The notes under the pieces: model-generated
Databases searched by the model: none
Seen by the model: only the letters and a program-made list of their open reading frames with translations
Told to the model about the DNA's origin: nothing
NCBI RefSeq assembly: GCF_006345805.1
Contig: NC_043011.1
Span: 33,554,464 to 33,618,463 of the forward strand
DNA length: 64,000 bases
From: Octopus sinensis
Lineage: Eukaryota
Reading direction: 5' to 3'
Shown: one piece after another, positions 40,019 to 53,117 of the stretch
Layout of the letters: each line of letters begins with the position of its first letter
Numbering within the stretch: the first letter of the stretch is position 1
Made by a program: the position numbers and the translations under genes

Positions 40019-40553
40019 GTGTGAAAGAGTTGTACACGCTGCCAAGTGACACTGAGGTACAAATATACGAAGCCCAATATACACATCATGAATACACGTT
40101 CTGTAAAAGTACACCAGACACATACATCACAACTATATGTGCGCGACATGGTAATCTCATATCAAGATAAACAGCTTATGGCCTTGCAGGTGGAGCCCAG
40201 TTAGGGCTCATTCTGATCAAAAGGTCCCTGAATAAGTATTGTTTAAGGATAAGGAAAGAAACACCCATGATTCCAGAGGTGAATTATTCAAAACCTAAAG
40301 AATTCCTCTCAACCCATTGGTATGATACTCCCCGACTACTCCTACTCGTGATCAGAGACGCACATATTGTCAGCCACTAAAGGACATGCTCAACTGGTTA
40401 AGGTCAAACAACTTACAAGCAAATATTTGGTATTGAGCAGAATATTTGCTCTAGCCCATCTTTTATACCAAGACAAAACAATGTACACGATAACACTTCC
40501 AGTCAGTTAAGATCAGAAGCCATGAGAGCCACTGCCTGGTGCTGCATCAGGGC
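40019..40553 (-). mobile_element. Older copy of the (AAT)n-associated 555-bp element
   Basis: The reverse complement matches 8162-8715. (ATT)n lies on one side and a degenerate (ATC)n on the other. Confidence 0.85.
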
Positions 40554-40579
40554 AATTATTATTATTATTATTATTATTA

Positions 40580-40650
<71 letters not shown>

Positions 40651-40955
40651 TTAGCCTTACTTTCAGTTTGAATTTCATTTTAACTTATTCCTTTAATTTT
40701 CCTTTTTCAATCGAGCCACTGTCATCCTCATCACGTGCATGTGTGTTTCTGTGCGTGTATATACACGTGTGTGTGCGCGCACGCGTGTGAATGTACACAT
40801 ACATATATACATGTATGTATGCATGCTTGTATGTATGATATATGTACGCACAAACACATGATCAGGACGACGTTAGTTCGATTGGAATCATGAAATTTTG
40901 GAAAATGTTAAAAAAAAATATTTCAACATCAAAACACCTACACATATACGTATGC

Positions 40956-40988
<33 letters not shown>

Positions 40989-41217
40989 TGTATGTATGGA
41001 TGGATGGATGGATGAATGGATGGATGGATGGATGGATGGATGGAGGATGGATGGAGGGAGGGAGGGATATACATTAATACACATATATGTGTGTGATATT
41101 GTGCGCTTGAGTGTGTATATGTGGTGTATATGTGTTTACACACATGCACTCACAAACTCTCACACATGCGCGCGCACACATGCAAAGTCACACACACACA
41201 CATATAAGCACACACAG

Positions 41218-41269
<52 letters not shown>

Positions 41270-42388
41270 GCATACATACATACATACATACATACATACA
41301 TACATACATACATACATACATACATACATACATACATACATACACACATATATTTATATATGATGATGATGAACGAAAAATCAGATAGATTGATAGGGAA
41401 CACATTTTTTCTCAAAATTTTTGGCAAAATATTTCTTGAAACTATCGACTTCTTCCATTCTGGAAGGGTAAATGGTAGCGGAAGCGGTGGTGGTGGTGGT
41501 GAAATAATGATTTTTAAAAAAATTTTCTTTTACTTTTTTTTTCATCGATTTCAAAATTTATATGAATACTCGTCAGTTAATTGGAAATGAAGTATGGGTG
41601 ATTGGTTTTTGTTTGATTCTGTTTTTAATTGTCTTGGCTCTCTGTAATCTATTTTATTTATGTTTGTGTTTTGTAATTCTTTCCCTTCGCCTTTGCCTTC
41701 CTTTGAAACCCAAAATATTCAACTGAAATTTGGTTTAGTTAAAGCCCCGGGAGGACTGTCTTTGTTCAGTGAAGCGTAAATTGATTAAATGAGGAGAGCG
41801 AAGGAAAAAGAGATAGAAAATGAGAGAGAAAGAGAGAAACACACACACACACACACACAGAAAAAGAAATAGAGAGAAATAAATACAGACAGACAGGCAG
41901 TGTTGTCTCAGTATTTGATCGTAATTTGATGAGTTCAAGGATGTTTTTGTGTCGGTTCCGTAGATAATTGTCCCATTTGTTCCAGTTTGATTGGATCAAC
42001 AGTAAAATCAACACATGTTAAAACAGTGTAAGGGTACAAGATGGACCGTCTTTAAATACCCATGGAGCTCCATCTGTCGGGTGCACCTGGTACCTTTAAT
42101 AGTATCCACTCGGTTGCAAGCATTCGGGACAGGTTTCTGGTTTGAAAGTACCATCCTCTCTCTCCCACCCACCATCTAAAGGGCCATTGGTACTGCCTTC
42201 CCTCTTGATTAAAAGACATAAAATAAGAAAATAAATGCCCATATTTTGCACAAGTCTTTGGATAAATCAAGTCAAAGACAGAAGATACTTACCATAAGTA
42301 CTGTGCAGTTGTATCGATCCAGAGACTTCAAGATTGAAAAGCGACCTCCCGAACTAGTCGGCCAAGCTACCTCCATATAGTGAGATAT

Positions 42389-42689
42389 GTTTGTTCCTTC
42401 TCGAGCCACACCTGGTTCATAGGGCTGGTTTCCCGGTTTCCTTGACGTATAGGTTCCCCACCTGGACGGGACGCCGGTCCGTCGCAGCTCAGCTGCAAGA
42501 TGCAGGAGGAAAGAGTGAGAGAAAGTTGCGGCGAAAGAGTCAGCAGAAGTTCGCCATTACCTTCTGCTGGAGCCGCGTGGAGCTTAGGTGCTTCGCTCAT
42601 AAACACACATATCGCCCTGTCTGAGATTCGAACCCGCGATCCCTCGACCGCGAGTCCACTGCTCTAACCACTAGGCCATGTTCCTCCAC
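42389..42689 (-). mobile_element. SINE with family A core and V-domain-like tail
   Basis: 12-bp TSD ATAGTGAGATAT at 42377-42388 and 42690-42701. Confidence 0.9.
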
Positions 42690-43494
42690 ATAGTGAGATA
42701 TACGCTTGCATATAATAGGCTTCGGTTTAGATTACCGTTTTGGTCAGTGGTAAAAAAATAAACAAGAAAGTAGGTAAAAGCTCCGTCTCACAGATTTAGA
42801 GCAATGAATGCCGAGGAATCTTCGTTAGAGAGAACGGAAATTGATTGTCAAGGTTTAATAGTGGATATCGAATTGGGATATCCGTACACTACATAAATAC
42901 ATACATAACATAACACACAGATGGATGCATACATACATATCACACAAAGATACTTACATACACTTACATCCATACATTTATGCATATATGTTAGTACGTA
43001 TGAATATGTATATTTGTATATGCGTGTTTGCGTGGTATGTGTGTGATGAGTCACGCAACTTCACGTCCTTCCTTCGATTCACTTGTTTTTTCCAAACATT
43101 TTGATGCTAATACGTAAATTGCTGGAGAGAGAAATAAGATAGCAACATATTTGCAGGTGTCGTCTGCGTCGTCGACGACATTATTGTTAGTGCCATTGTT
43201 GTTGTTGTTGTTATTATCGTCGATGTCGTTCAGTGTTTAGCAACACATTAAACCTGATCGAACAGAACTTTAGTCAAAGATATTCCATTTGTGATCATCA
43301 TCCCTTATTTTCATACATGTCATATCCTGGATTAAATTTGTATCCAAGATGTCCGTTCCCATCTCATCCATTTTTGCAGACGGTAATATGTGATTTGAAG
43401 GAGATTTAGTAGCTATTTTTTATCAGGTTGAACAATTGAATTTTAGCTGATTCAAATATCAGTTCGACGACGGCAGCTGAATTGGTTGAATATT

Positions 43495-43705
43495 CCTTTC
43501 TACTCTAGGCACAAGGCCCGAAATTTTGGGGGAGGAGGGGCAGTCGATTAGATCGACCCCAGTACGCAACAGGTACTTAATTTATCGATCCCGAAAGGAT
43601 GAAAGGCAAAGTCGACCTCGGCGGAATTTGAATTCAGAACGTAATGGCAGACGAAATACTACTAAGCATTTCGCCCGGCATGCTTAACGATTCTGCCAGT
43701 TCGCC
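43495..43705 (-). mobile_element. SINE family C
   Basis: Consensus match. Confidence 0.85.
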
Positions 43706-43875
43706 AACTTGATTGATTGAATATTAATGAAAGCATTTCGATGTAAGTAACTACAAACTCTAACACCTCACCTTGAATTTCACGTTATAAAATAAGTTCC
43801 CCTTTTCTCTTCAGCGATAAGATGTTGGGATAGATTTTGTTTATAATCTGATGAAAAGCAATGATTATATTTATT

Positions 43876-44471
43876 AGGCGCAGACATGGCTGTGTGGTTA
43901 AGAAACTCGTTTTACAACCACGTGGTTTCGAGCTCAGTCCCACTACGCAGCTCTTTGAGAAAATGTCTTCTACTATAGCCCCAGGTCGACCAATGCATTG
44001 TGGGAGAATTTGGTTGACAGAGATTGTGCAAAATCCTGTCATAAATGTATGTATGTATGTATGTGGGCGTGTGTGTATGTACGTACGTGTTTTTGTGTTA
44101 GTTTCTTTCCATCGCTTTATAACCGGATTTGATTTGTTTACGTCACCGTAAATTAGGGGCTCGATGAAAGGAACCGATATGAAAAGTACTAGGCTTTTAA
44201 AACATGTTGGGACTAACTTTTTCGATTAAAACCCTTCAAAGCGACGCCCCAGCATGACCGCAGACCAATGAGTGAATAAAAGAAGTAAACGATAAACTGT
44301 TTTATATAGAAATAAACATTTTAGTCGCAGGCGTAGCTGTATGGTCAGCAGCTTGCTTCCCAACCACACGGTGTTGGGTTCAGTCCCACTGCGTTGTACC
44401 TTCGGCAAATGTCTTCTGCTATAGCCTCGGGCAGACCAAAGACTTGTGAGTGGATTTGGTAGAACCCCGTC

Positions 44472-44517
<46 letters not shown>

Positions 44518-44850
44518 TACACCAAAGTTTATGAGAATCAATACAGTTTTTGAAGTGTAAAGGTAATTTTTTTTAAAAACTCTTACGAAACCTTTTTTGG
44601 GAAGAATTTTTTTCTAGTGTGTGTGTGTGTGTGTCTTTGATTCTGTAATTATCCCTCCACCATCACTTGACAACCGATGTTGATGTGTTTACGTCTTCAT
44701 AACCTAGCGGTTCGGCCAAAATAACGGATAGAATAAATACTAGGCTTAACACAAAGTGAGTCCTGGGGTCGATTTGTTCGACTAAAACCCTTGAAAGCGG
44801 TGCTCCAGCATGACCACAGTCAAATGACTGAAACGAGTAAAAGAATAAGA
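43876..44850 (+). mobile_element. Two tandem SINE family B copies
   Basis: Heads at about 43876 and 44325; tails at about 44284 and 44850. Confidence 0.8.
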
Positions 44851-45155
44851 ATTAACAGTACAAATCATGTCGGTTCATAAAGCGAGGTGCAACAACTATT
44901 TGATGCCTTAAATTCGTCCCAATTCCTTAGTGATACGCAGAACGCGTAGGCGAGAAGTAGTACGAGTAACAAGCAAATCAGTCAATGAAGCGAAGTTCTA
45001 AAATCCATTCCTGCGGATTAATTTCCATTTCGTAGTAATGAAGCTAATGCAGTTCAGAGTTTCTTCACAGAATCTGACGAGGCATTTCGGAGTTGGCTTC
45101 CTTTGAACACCAGTTTATTGCTCCCCACCCGCTTTTTTTTTCGTGTGTGTGTGTC

Positions 45156-45352
45156 TTTTACTCTTTTACTTGTTGCAGTCATTTGACTGTGGCCATGCTG
45201 GAGCACCGCCTTTTAGTCGAGCGAATCGACCCCAGGACTTATTCTTTGTAAGCCTAGTACTTATTCTATCGGTGTCTTTAGCCGAACCGCTAAGTTACGG
45301 GGACATAAACACACCAGCATCGGTTGTCAAGCGATGGTGGAGCGAGGTACAA

Positions 45353-45385
<33 letters not shown>

Positions 45386-45548
45386 CATAAATACGACGGG
45401 CGTCTTTCAGTTTCCGTCTACCAAATCCACTCACAAGGCTTTGGTCGGCCCGAGGCTATAGTAGAAGACACTCGCCCAAGGTGCCACGCAGTAGGACTGA
45501 AACTAGAACCATGTGGTTAGTAGGCAAGCTACTTACCACACAGCCACT
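45156..45548 (-). mobile_element. SINE family B
   Basis: Consensus match. Confidence 0.88.
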
Positions 45549-46178
45549 GCTATCCTACTCCATTACATTTAGTTTGAATTTCACATCATACGAGATCTTC
45601 CTTCTGTTCTACGACATAATTTTTTGAATAGGTTTACAGTTTATAAACTGATGGAAAGCAGTAAATTAAATTTTTTAAATGGCTGACAATGACTGCAAAC
45701 TTAAGAGTGAAAAAAAACCCCTCCAAAGACGTTGTTTTTTTATTGCATCTCTGTTGCTATACTTAACGTTAAATTAACTTATCCACTAATCGCTGCAAAC
45801 GTTGTAAACATAACATCAGTCACACATTCTTTTGCTGATGCATAGTTTCGTAACCCTATCGTTTGAAAGCTTTTCTTTCCTTTTCTTTTTTTTTTTCGCT
45901 GGAAAGAGCTGTTTACATTACTCCGTAACAAAAACACAGTGATCCTAAACGAAGTAGTGTTTGCTTAGATTATCAGTTAAGGAAATGGATTACAAAGCTG
46001 GAAGAAATAAAAGAAGAAACCAATTTTTAGAAATTCATGGAGTATTTTTAATGTTTATCCGATGTCTTTTTTTCTTGTAATGTGATCATAGACGGACTCT
46101 TGTCTATCTATAGTGCCAATTCTCTATAGACCGTTTAACTGTCATTGAAAAAAACTAAAAAAAAAACAACAACAAAGT

Positions 46179-46603
46179 GGCGCAGGCGTGGCTGTGTGAT
46201 AAGAAGTTCGATTTCCAACCACTTAGTTCCAGGTTCGATCCCACAGCGTTGTACCTTGGGCAAGTGTCAAAGCCTTGTGGGTGGATTTGGTAGACGGTAA
46301 CTGAAAGAAACCCGTCGTATATGTATGTATGTATGCGTGTGTGTGTGTGGTGTGTGTGTGTGTGTGTGTGTGTGTCCCACTACTGTTTGACAACCGGTTT
46401 ACGTCCCTGTAACTTAGTGGTTTGGCAAAAGAGATCGATAATTCTATCGATCTCTTTGCCAAACCACTAAGTTACAGGGACGTAACAGGGAAGTATGAGG
46501 CTTTACCAAAAAATAATAAGCACTTGGGGCTATTCGTTCGACTAAAATTCTTCAAGGCGATGTCCTGGCATGCCCGCAGTCTAATGACTGAAACAAATAA
46601 AAG
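46179..46603 (+). mobile_element. SINE family B with internal fold-back inversion
   Basis: Contains an inverted repeat at 46399-46485. Confidence 0.85.
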
Positions 46604-46979
46604 ACCGAAGGTTTGTTATTCTAAGAGATAAATATTACTTTCTACTAAAGTCATTAAGCCTGAAAATTTGGTAGAAGGGTCAGTCGATTGCATCAACTCC
46701 CAGTGCTCAACTTCTGCTTATTTTATCGACCCCGAAAGGAATGTCAGCATGATGAAATTTGAACTCAGAACGTAAAACCGGAAGAAATACCAGTAAGCAT
46801 CTTTGTCTGGCGTGCTTACGATTTTGCTAGCTCACTGCCTTGATGTTAGACAAAAATATTAATATTGTTGTATTTTGGGACGGTCATTCTTTTTTTTTTT
46901 TTGCCGAATAAACACACGCACTATATACGTTTTGTTCTTCACTCGTTTATTACTGTTCTTATTTTTAACTTATGTCCAT

Positions 46980-47024
46980 TGTCCGGAAATCTTTCGTCAC
47001 ACACCTGTGACCTCTTCAGCGACA
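46980..47024 (-). ncRNA. Type I minimal hammerhead ribozyme, near intact
   Basis: Reverse complement: UGUCG CUGAAGA G GUCACA GGUG UGUGAC GAA AGAUUU C CGGACA. Canonical core, 6-bp stem II, and stem I with one bulge. Confidence 0.7.
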
Positions 47025-47329
47025 CTTTTCGTTTTCGTGTGTGCTCTTGCTCCACTTACTCCATTACACTTACTCCAATATTAAATCTTCTATATTAATC
47101 TATATTAATCAATTTTCTACAGCAGCGATTGAAAATACTATTTTACTAAGTAAACAGTTGTCATAAATGCCGCCATTTCACCGAAGCACAGTGGTTTTAA
47201 ATCATCAAGTGACTGGTGCACTTGCATCACGATTCGTCGTAATTTTTTTTTTTCCAAAAAACCTCAAAGCCTTAATCAGAGTGGAAAATTCCCGTTTTAG
47301 AAGCGGAAAGCAAGTCTAAATATATTTTT

Positions 47330-47520
47330 GTAAAACTGAATAGCTTTTTTTTTCCTAGTAAAACTAATAATTTTTCTGTTGTTGTTCTTTTTCAGTAAAA
47401 CTGAATATGTTTTTGAGCAAGATTAAATATATATTCTCGGCTATGTTTTTTCGGGAAAACTAAATAGAGTTTTCAGCAAAGCATAAATAGAATTTGTCAG
47501 TAAAACTAAATATGTTTCAT
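47330..47520. repeat. Degenerate AT-rich tandem repeat
   Basis: About 7 units resembling GTAAAACTAAATATGTTTTTCA. Confidence 0.6.
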
Positions 47521-47696
47521 CAATGTCATAAATGTTGAATATGCATTCACTGTGCATTAAAAAAATCTCTACGCAACTAAGTGTATATTCTATCTCTGAC
47601 ATGCCCTCTTACATTAGTGTTCACATATAGGTGGGGAGGTGGTGATGCTGTAATAATTTAAAAGTCGTCGGACAAATTTCTCTGTTTGATTTATAT

Positions 47697-48105
47697 TTCT
47701 TTATTGCCCACAGAGGGCTAAACACAGAAGTGACAAACAAGGAGAGACAAAGGGATTAAGTCGATTACATCGACCCCAGTGCGTAACTGGTACTTAATCG
47801 CCCTCGAAAGGATGAAAAGCAAAGTCAACCTCGGCGAAATGTGAACTCAGAATGTAACGGCAGACGAAATACCTCTAAACATTTTGCACGGCGTGCTAAC
47901 GATTCTTATATCTTTATTGCCCACAAGGGGCTAAACATAGAGGGGACAAACAAGGACAGACAAAGGGATTAAGTCGATTACATCGACCCCAGTGCGTAAC
48001 TGGTACTTACTTAATCGACCCCGGAAGGATGAAAGGCAAAGTAGACCTCGGCGGAATGTGAACTCTGAACGTAACGGCAGACAAAATACCGCTAAGCATT
48101 TCGCC
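47697..48105 (-). mobile_element. Tandem pair of SINE family C
   Basis: Two units, each with CTTTATTGCCCACA at the left (3') end. Confidence 0.88.
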
Positions 48106-49147
48106 GAAAGAGTTGATTTTTACCTTAAATTAGAAAGAATAGGTTTCTTATTAAATATTTAACATTGTTAGTTCAGGGAACTTTAAAAAGATAATAATTC
48201 ACTAACTAGAAATTATAAGAAGAAAAGCAGCATTGATCATGATATTGATTTTATGATTTATATTACTTTAATTAATATGACAAGTACAGGAGATTAAAGG
48301 AGGGCATGCTTCGCTCTTATTATGTTCTCATCAGGGAAGCATAGACTTCACCGTCTTTTGCATCATACGTACATACATATATACTTACATACATACACAT
48401 AGTCTTATAATGTGCTTGCAGGTTTGCTTACATACATATATGCATGTATGCATACATAAATACATATGTAGCGTGTAGCCATTTTCAAATAGCACCGCCA
48501 ATTTGTGGTAGCTGGTAATATGGCGTAATGTCGTGGAGTTTTGTTACATCCCACAAACACTAAAGTTTTCCCCCAAATCCAGGGTTTTTATAATTGCTCA
48601 ACTTGACTTTAAAGAATTGATCCACGACGCTCACTCCTTTGAGACATTGGTTATTTTTTTATGCCATGCCTATGAAAAATTCAACACATACATATGTGTG
48701 TGTGTGTGTGTGTGTGGTGGGGTTACGACGGGCTTCCGTTCATTTTCTGTATACGAAATTCATCATGCCCACGGTGCCAAACTAGAACCACGTTGCTGCG
48801 AATTGACCTTCTTAACCACCCAGCTATGACCATGATCCACTTAGTACATCTGAAAGTTACGTCACTCTATCTTATGGACATTAATAGGCACCATGTCCTA
48901 CCAAGAACTAATTGTCTTATTTTTCTCTGTCGATATGTAATGGTCGATAGCTATAAATTGTAAATCATCAATGTTGTTATTCATCGATTCCTTAACAAGA
49001 TATTTAGTTTATGTAAAATGTTTCGACGTATCGACCTATCGATCTTCGTTGAAACTGACAATGAATGCCTTGTAAATCGATAAGTATTTATCTCAGATGT
49101 TTACCCATCGGACTCGTCACTGTCTCCCCCCCCACACACACTTTCTT

Positions 49148-49185
<38 letters not shown>

Positions 49186-49199
49186 TCTCTATCTATCTC

Positions 49200-49254
<55 letters not shown>

Positions 49255-49743
49255 CCTCATTCTTTGTCGCTTTCTTTGTTGTCTTGATTGTGTGCTTAAG
49301 TGTGAGTTTTGTGTGTGATTTTTTTTGAGTGTGTGCGCGCGTGTTGTGTGTGTGTGTGTGTGCGCGTGTGTGTGAGAGAGAGAGAGAGAGAGATGCAGGG
49401 AGAGAGGGAGAGAGTGTGGAAGAGAGAGAGAACATCTGTGTGTGTGAGAGGGAGAGATAGACAAAAACCATGTAAGTGTACATTCGAGAAAGGAAGTGTG
49501 TGTATGATTGAATGAGAGAAAGAGAAGAGAGAGGGAGAGAGAGAGAGAGACACACACAGACAGACAGACAGACAGACAGACAGACTGACAGACAGGCCGA
49601 CAGACAGACAAGCCGACACATACAAACAGGCAAAATGTGATTGCGAATGAACGAGAGCGTGTATGCTTGATAGTTTCTGACACGACAGGGTGTGTTTGTG
49701 TGTGTGTGTGTATTTGTCTGTATGAGGGTTTGCGTGTGTGTGT

Positions 49744-49786
<43 letters not shown>

Positions 49787-50358
49787 TGGCGGAAAAATAC
49801 TAATTAAATCACATCAATAACATTGCTGTCTGTTATTAATAGTCAAATAACTAATGAACTAAGGAACCAATCAACCATCCAACCAACCAACCGTAAAATA
49901 ATGTAACAAACAATTAACTAATCAAACATTAGTTCTGTATCAACAAACAGGTCACGTGGTTAACGCAGTATTCTAGACTTGTGTCAACTGGCAACACACA
50001 CACGCACACACACACACACATACATACATACATACATACATACATACATACATACATACATACATACATACATAGCTACTCTGTCCAGGTTACAAGTTCA
50101 TGTTTATACCTGTAATTACTGGAGCACTGGGACATGTAGCACACTGCCTAAATATCAGTCTTGAGAAAATTGACCTCTCAAAACCAAAAAGGAGAAAGCT
50201 GATTCGAAAACTACTGATCCAAACCAATCACTAGAACTGTAAAAATCTGTAAAACTTTCCAGAAGTTTATCATTTAAGTATATATGACCATGTCTAGATA
50301 TGCAAGTATATGAAAAACTACACATATACATACATACATTAATAAATACAAAAGTACA

Positions 50359-50455
50359 CGATGTTCTTGAAACTCCAATGAAGGAGCCTTGGATCTAGGT
50401 CAGAAACCGGCTCTTTCTCTACTGGCAAGAAATTTTGAAATAAACTAAATAATGA
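50359..50455 (+). repeat. Second copy of the 100-bp (CATA)n-embedded repeat
   Basis: Homologous to 31778-31880. Confidence 0.8.
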
Positions 50456-51427
50456 CATACATACATACATCCATCCATCCATACATCCATCCATCCATAC
50501 ATACATACATACATACATACATACATACATACATACATACATACATACACACGCACGTATGTGTGTGTACTAAACAAGACAACCTTTAAAGAGAGAACTC
50601 GATACATTTGTAAAGTGACAAATTTATGGCGGGCATGCTTCACAAAATTCAATGTCTGACAGTAAAAGGTTTCTCACTTGGGATGAAACTACCAGTGACT
50701 GTGTGGCCTTGATTTCTAGATAAACAGCTGATGGGGGGATTTTCTTCGTTCGTTTCATCAGCAATATGCTTTTATTGTTTCAGTCTAATTTCTTCCATTT
50801 ACGATACCAACGGACACAGTCATATCTTCTTAAATATAATATTTTTGTTTAAATGACTGTAACTTCCTTCACTCCCGTTCATTTTTCCACCACCTTTCTA
50901 TCTCAACTGTTGCTTTCCATTTCTCAATATGGAGCATCTTTTTCATTTCTTACTCCCGCTCTAGCCTTCTAGCTTTCATTTCGATTTCAGCTCTTTTAGT
51001 GATGACACCAATTCCAGCATCTTTCTGCTACTATTACTTCTTCAAGGTCTTCTCTCTATCTCCAAACATTTGATACTTCCCGCTCGGTGCCGGCCACGTG
51101 CATTGTTACCTTATGTTGTTTCAATTTATTTTCGTCGAAAAATACTGTTTTCCTTTCGCTGTTAGCGACTCTATATTTTCTCGTGTCCTTTGTGTCGGCT
51201 CTTTACTGTATTAATCCCTAACATACGTATCTAAAATTCATTGATACGTGAGAATCATTGATACTGTTCTAAGGCGTTCATCTAAGAATCGCTCCTAACT
51301 CGAAGTGATCCTTAGATGGACAGCTGATGAGGAGAATATTATTATTTGTTCCGTATATTGTGTCTTCAACTTTTGTTCTTAATTTCTCTTTCTCTCACCC
51401 CCCTCTCTCTCTTTCTCTCTCTCTCTT

Positions 51428-51468
<41 letters not shown>

Positions 51469-51558
51469 TTCTCTCTCTTTCTTTCCCGCTCTCTCTCTCT
51501 CTCACTCACATACACACACACATATATATATACAGATAGATAGAGATAGATAGATAGG

Positions 51559-51605
<47 letters not shown>

Positions 51606-51626
51606 GTAGGTAGGTAGGTAGGTAGG

Positions 51627-51662
<36 letters not shown>

Positions 51663-52350
51663 AATATATAATGTGTGTGTGCGTACGTGATACTTTTTTG
51701 GTTAACGTCTTTTAGAATCTATAATTCAGTGTCTCCCCTCCAGTGCTTGATGCACAAGGCCTATAGGTTCAAGGTAAGCTCTATGCACTTTTCTCTGAAA
51801 ATATAGAGAGAGTACGGTATATTACAATTTGTTCAAACGTTACCAACCTTATCGTACCATAGAAAAACAATATTATATATACAGATTATATCTTCGATAT
51901 TGTTCTGTAGTTAAGATCGTTTGCTTCTTAAAATACAGAGATAAATATTAGATAAAGTCTCTAAAGATAGAAGAGGTGACAAGTGTATAAGAAAGAATAT
52001 AGTTTTCATACGTGCCGTCTTCTATGACAACACCTTCTGTATTAGCTTTGTAGATTTTACACCATCTCAAGAAGCAAGCACTTCAGAAAGCGAGGAAAAA
52101 ATGCTATTTCAAAAGAAATTATGAATATCGGGGATTTTTGTAAACTGCCACCAATCTTAGTTTTCGAAATAACTTCGGAATTATCACGGATACTGCTGTG
52201 CGTTATTATGTAATATAATACGATCGATATTAACATTCAGAGATCTTACTTACGCCAAAGACATACATACATACGTACTTACATACATACATAATACACA
52301 GACACACACATACATACATACATACATACATACATACATACATACATACA

Positions 52351-52374
<24 letters not shown>

Positions 52375-52384
<10 letters not shown>

Positions 52385-52772
52385 CATACACAGACACACA
52401 CATACATACATACATATATACAGACAGACAGACATATACACTCATATGTACATACATACGCACAGATGTACATGCATATATAGAATTACATATAGGGTTG
52501 TACATACATGCATACATACATTCATGCATACATACATACATACATACATACATACATACAACATACATACATACATACCTACATACATATATACATACAC
52601 AGACACACACATACATACATACATATATACAGACAGACAGACATATACACTCATATGTACATACATACGCACAGATGTACATGCATATATAGAATTACAT
52701 ATAGGGTTGTACATACATGCATACATACATTCATGCATACATACATACATACATACATACATACATACATAC
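52375..52772. repeat. Tandem duplication of about 209 bp within a (CATA)n field
   Basis: The unique marker GAATTACATATAGGGTTGTAC occurs at 52483 and 52692. Confidence 0.9.
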
Positions 52773-53117
52773 AAACATAGATACATGCACGCATACATAC
52801 AGACATGCAAACAGACAGACAGATACACATACATATCTACATACATACAAACATACATAAGCACCTATACATACATATATACATACGTACATGCATGCAT
52901 ATAGACACACATACATGCATACACACATATACACATATATACATACATATTTACATACACACAGACATACACACATATATAGTTATATATAGGCCTATAC
53001 ATATATATATACATATATACATACATGCATGCATACAAACACACACACCTACACACATACATACATACATACATACATACATACATACATACATACATAC
53101 ATACATGCAAGCATATC

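Noticed and set aside
47330-47520. Spaced repeats superficially like a CRISPR array
   Set aside because: Degenerate tandem units without unique constant-length spacers, in a eukaryotic context with no cas genes.
50725-50765. CTGATGA...GAAA on the minus strand (similar cases at 22480, 39152 and 54545)
   Set aside because: No credible stem II or stem I pairing; expected by chance.
50850-51180. Minus-strand charged, coiled-coil-like peptide suggestive of gag
   Set aside because: Multiple stops and no diagnostic motif or LTR.
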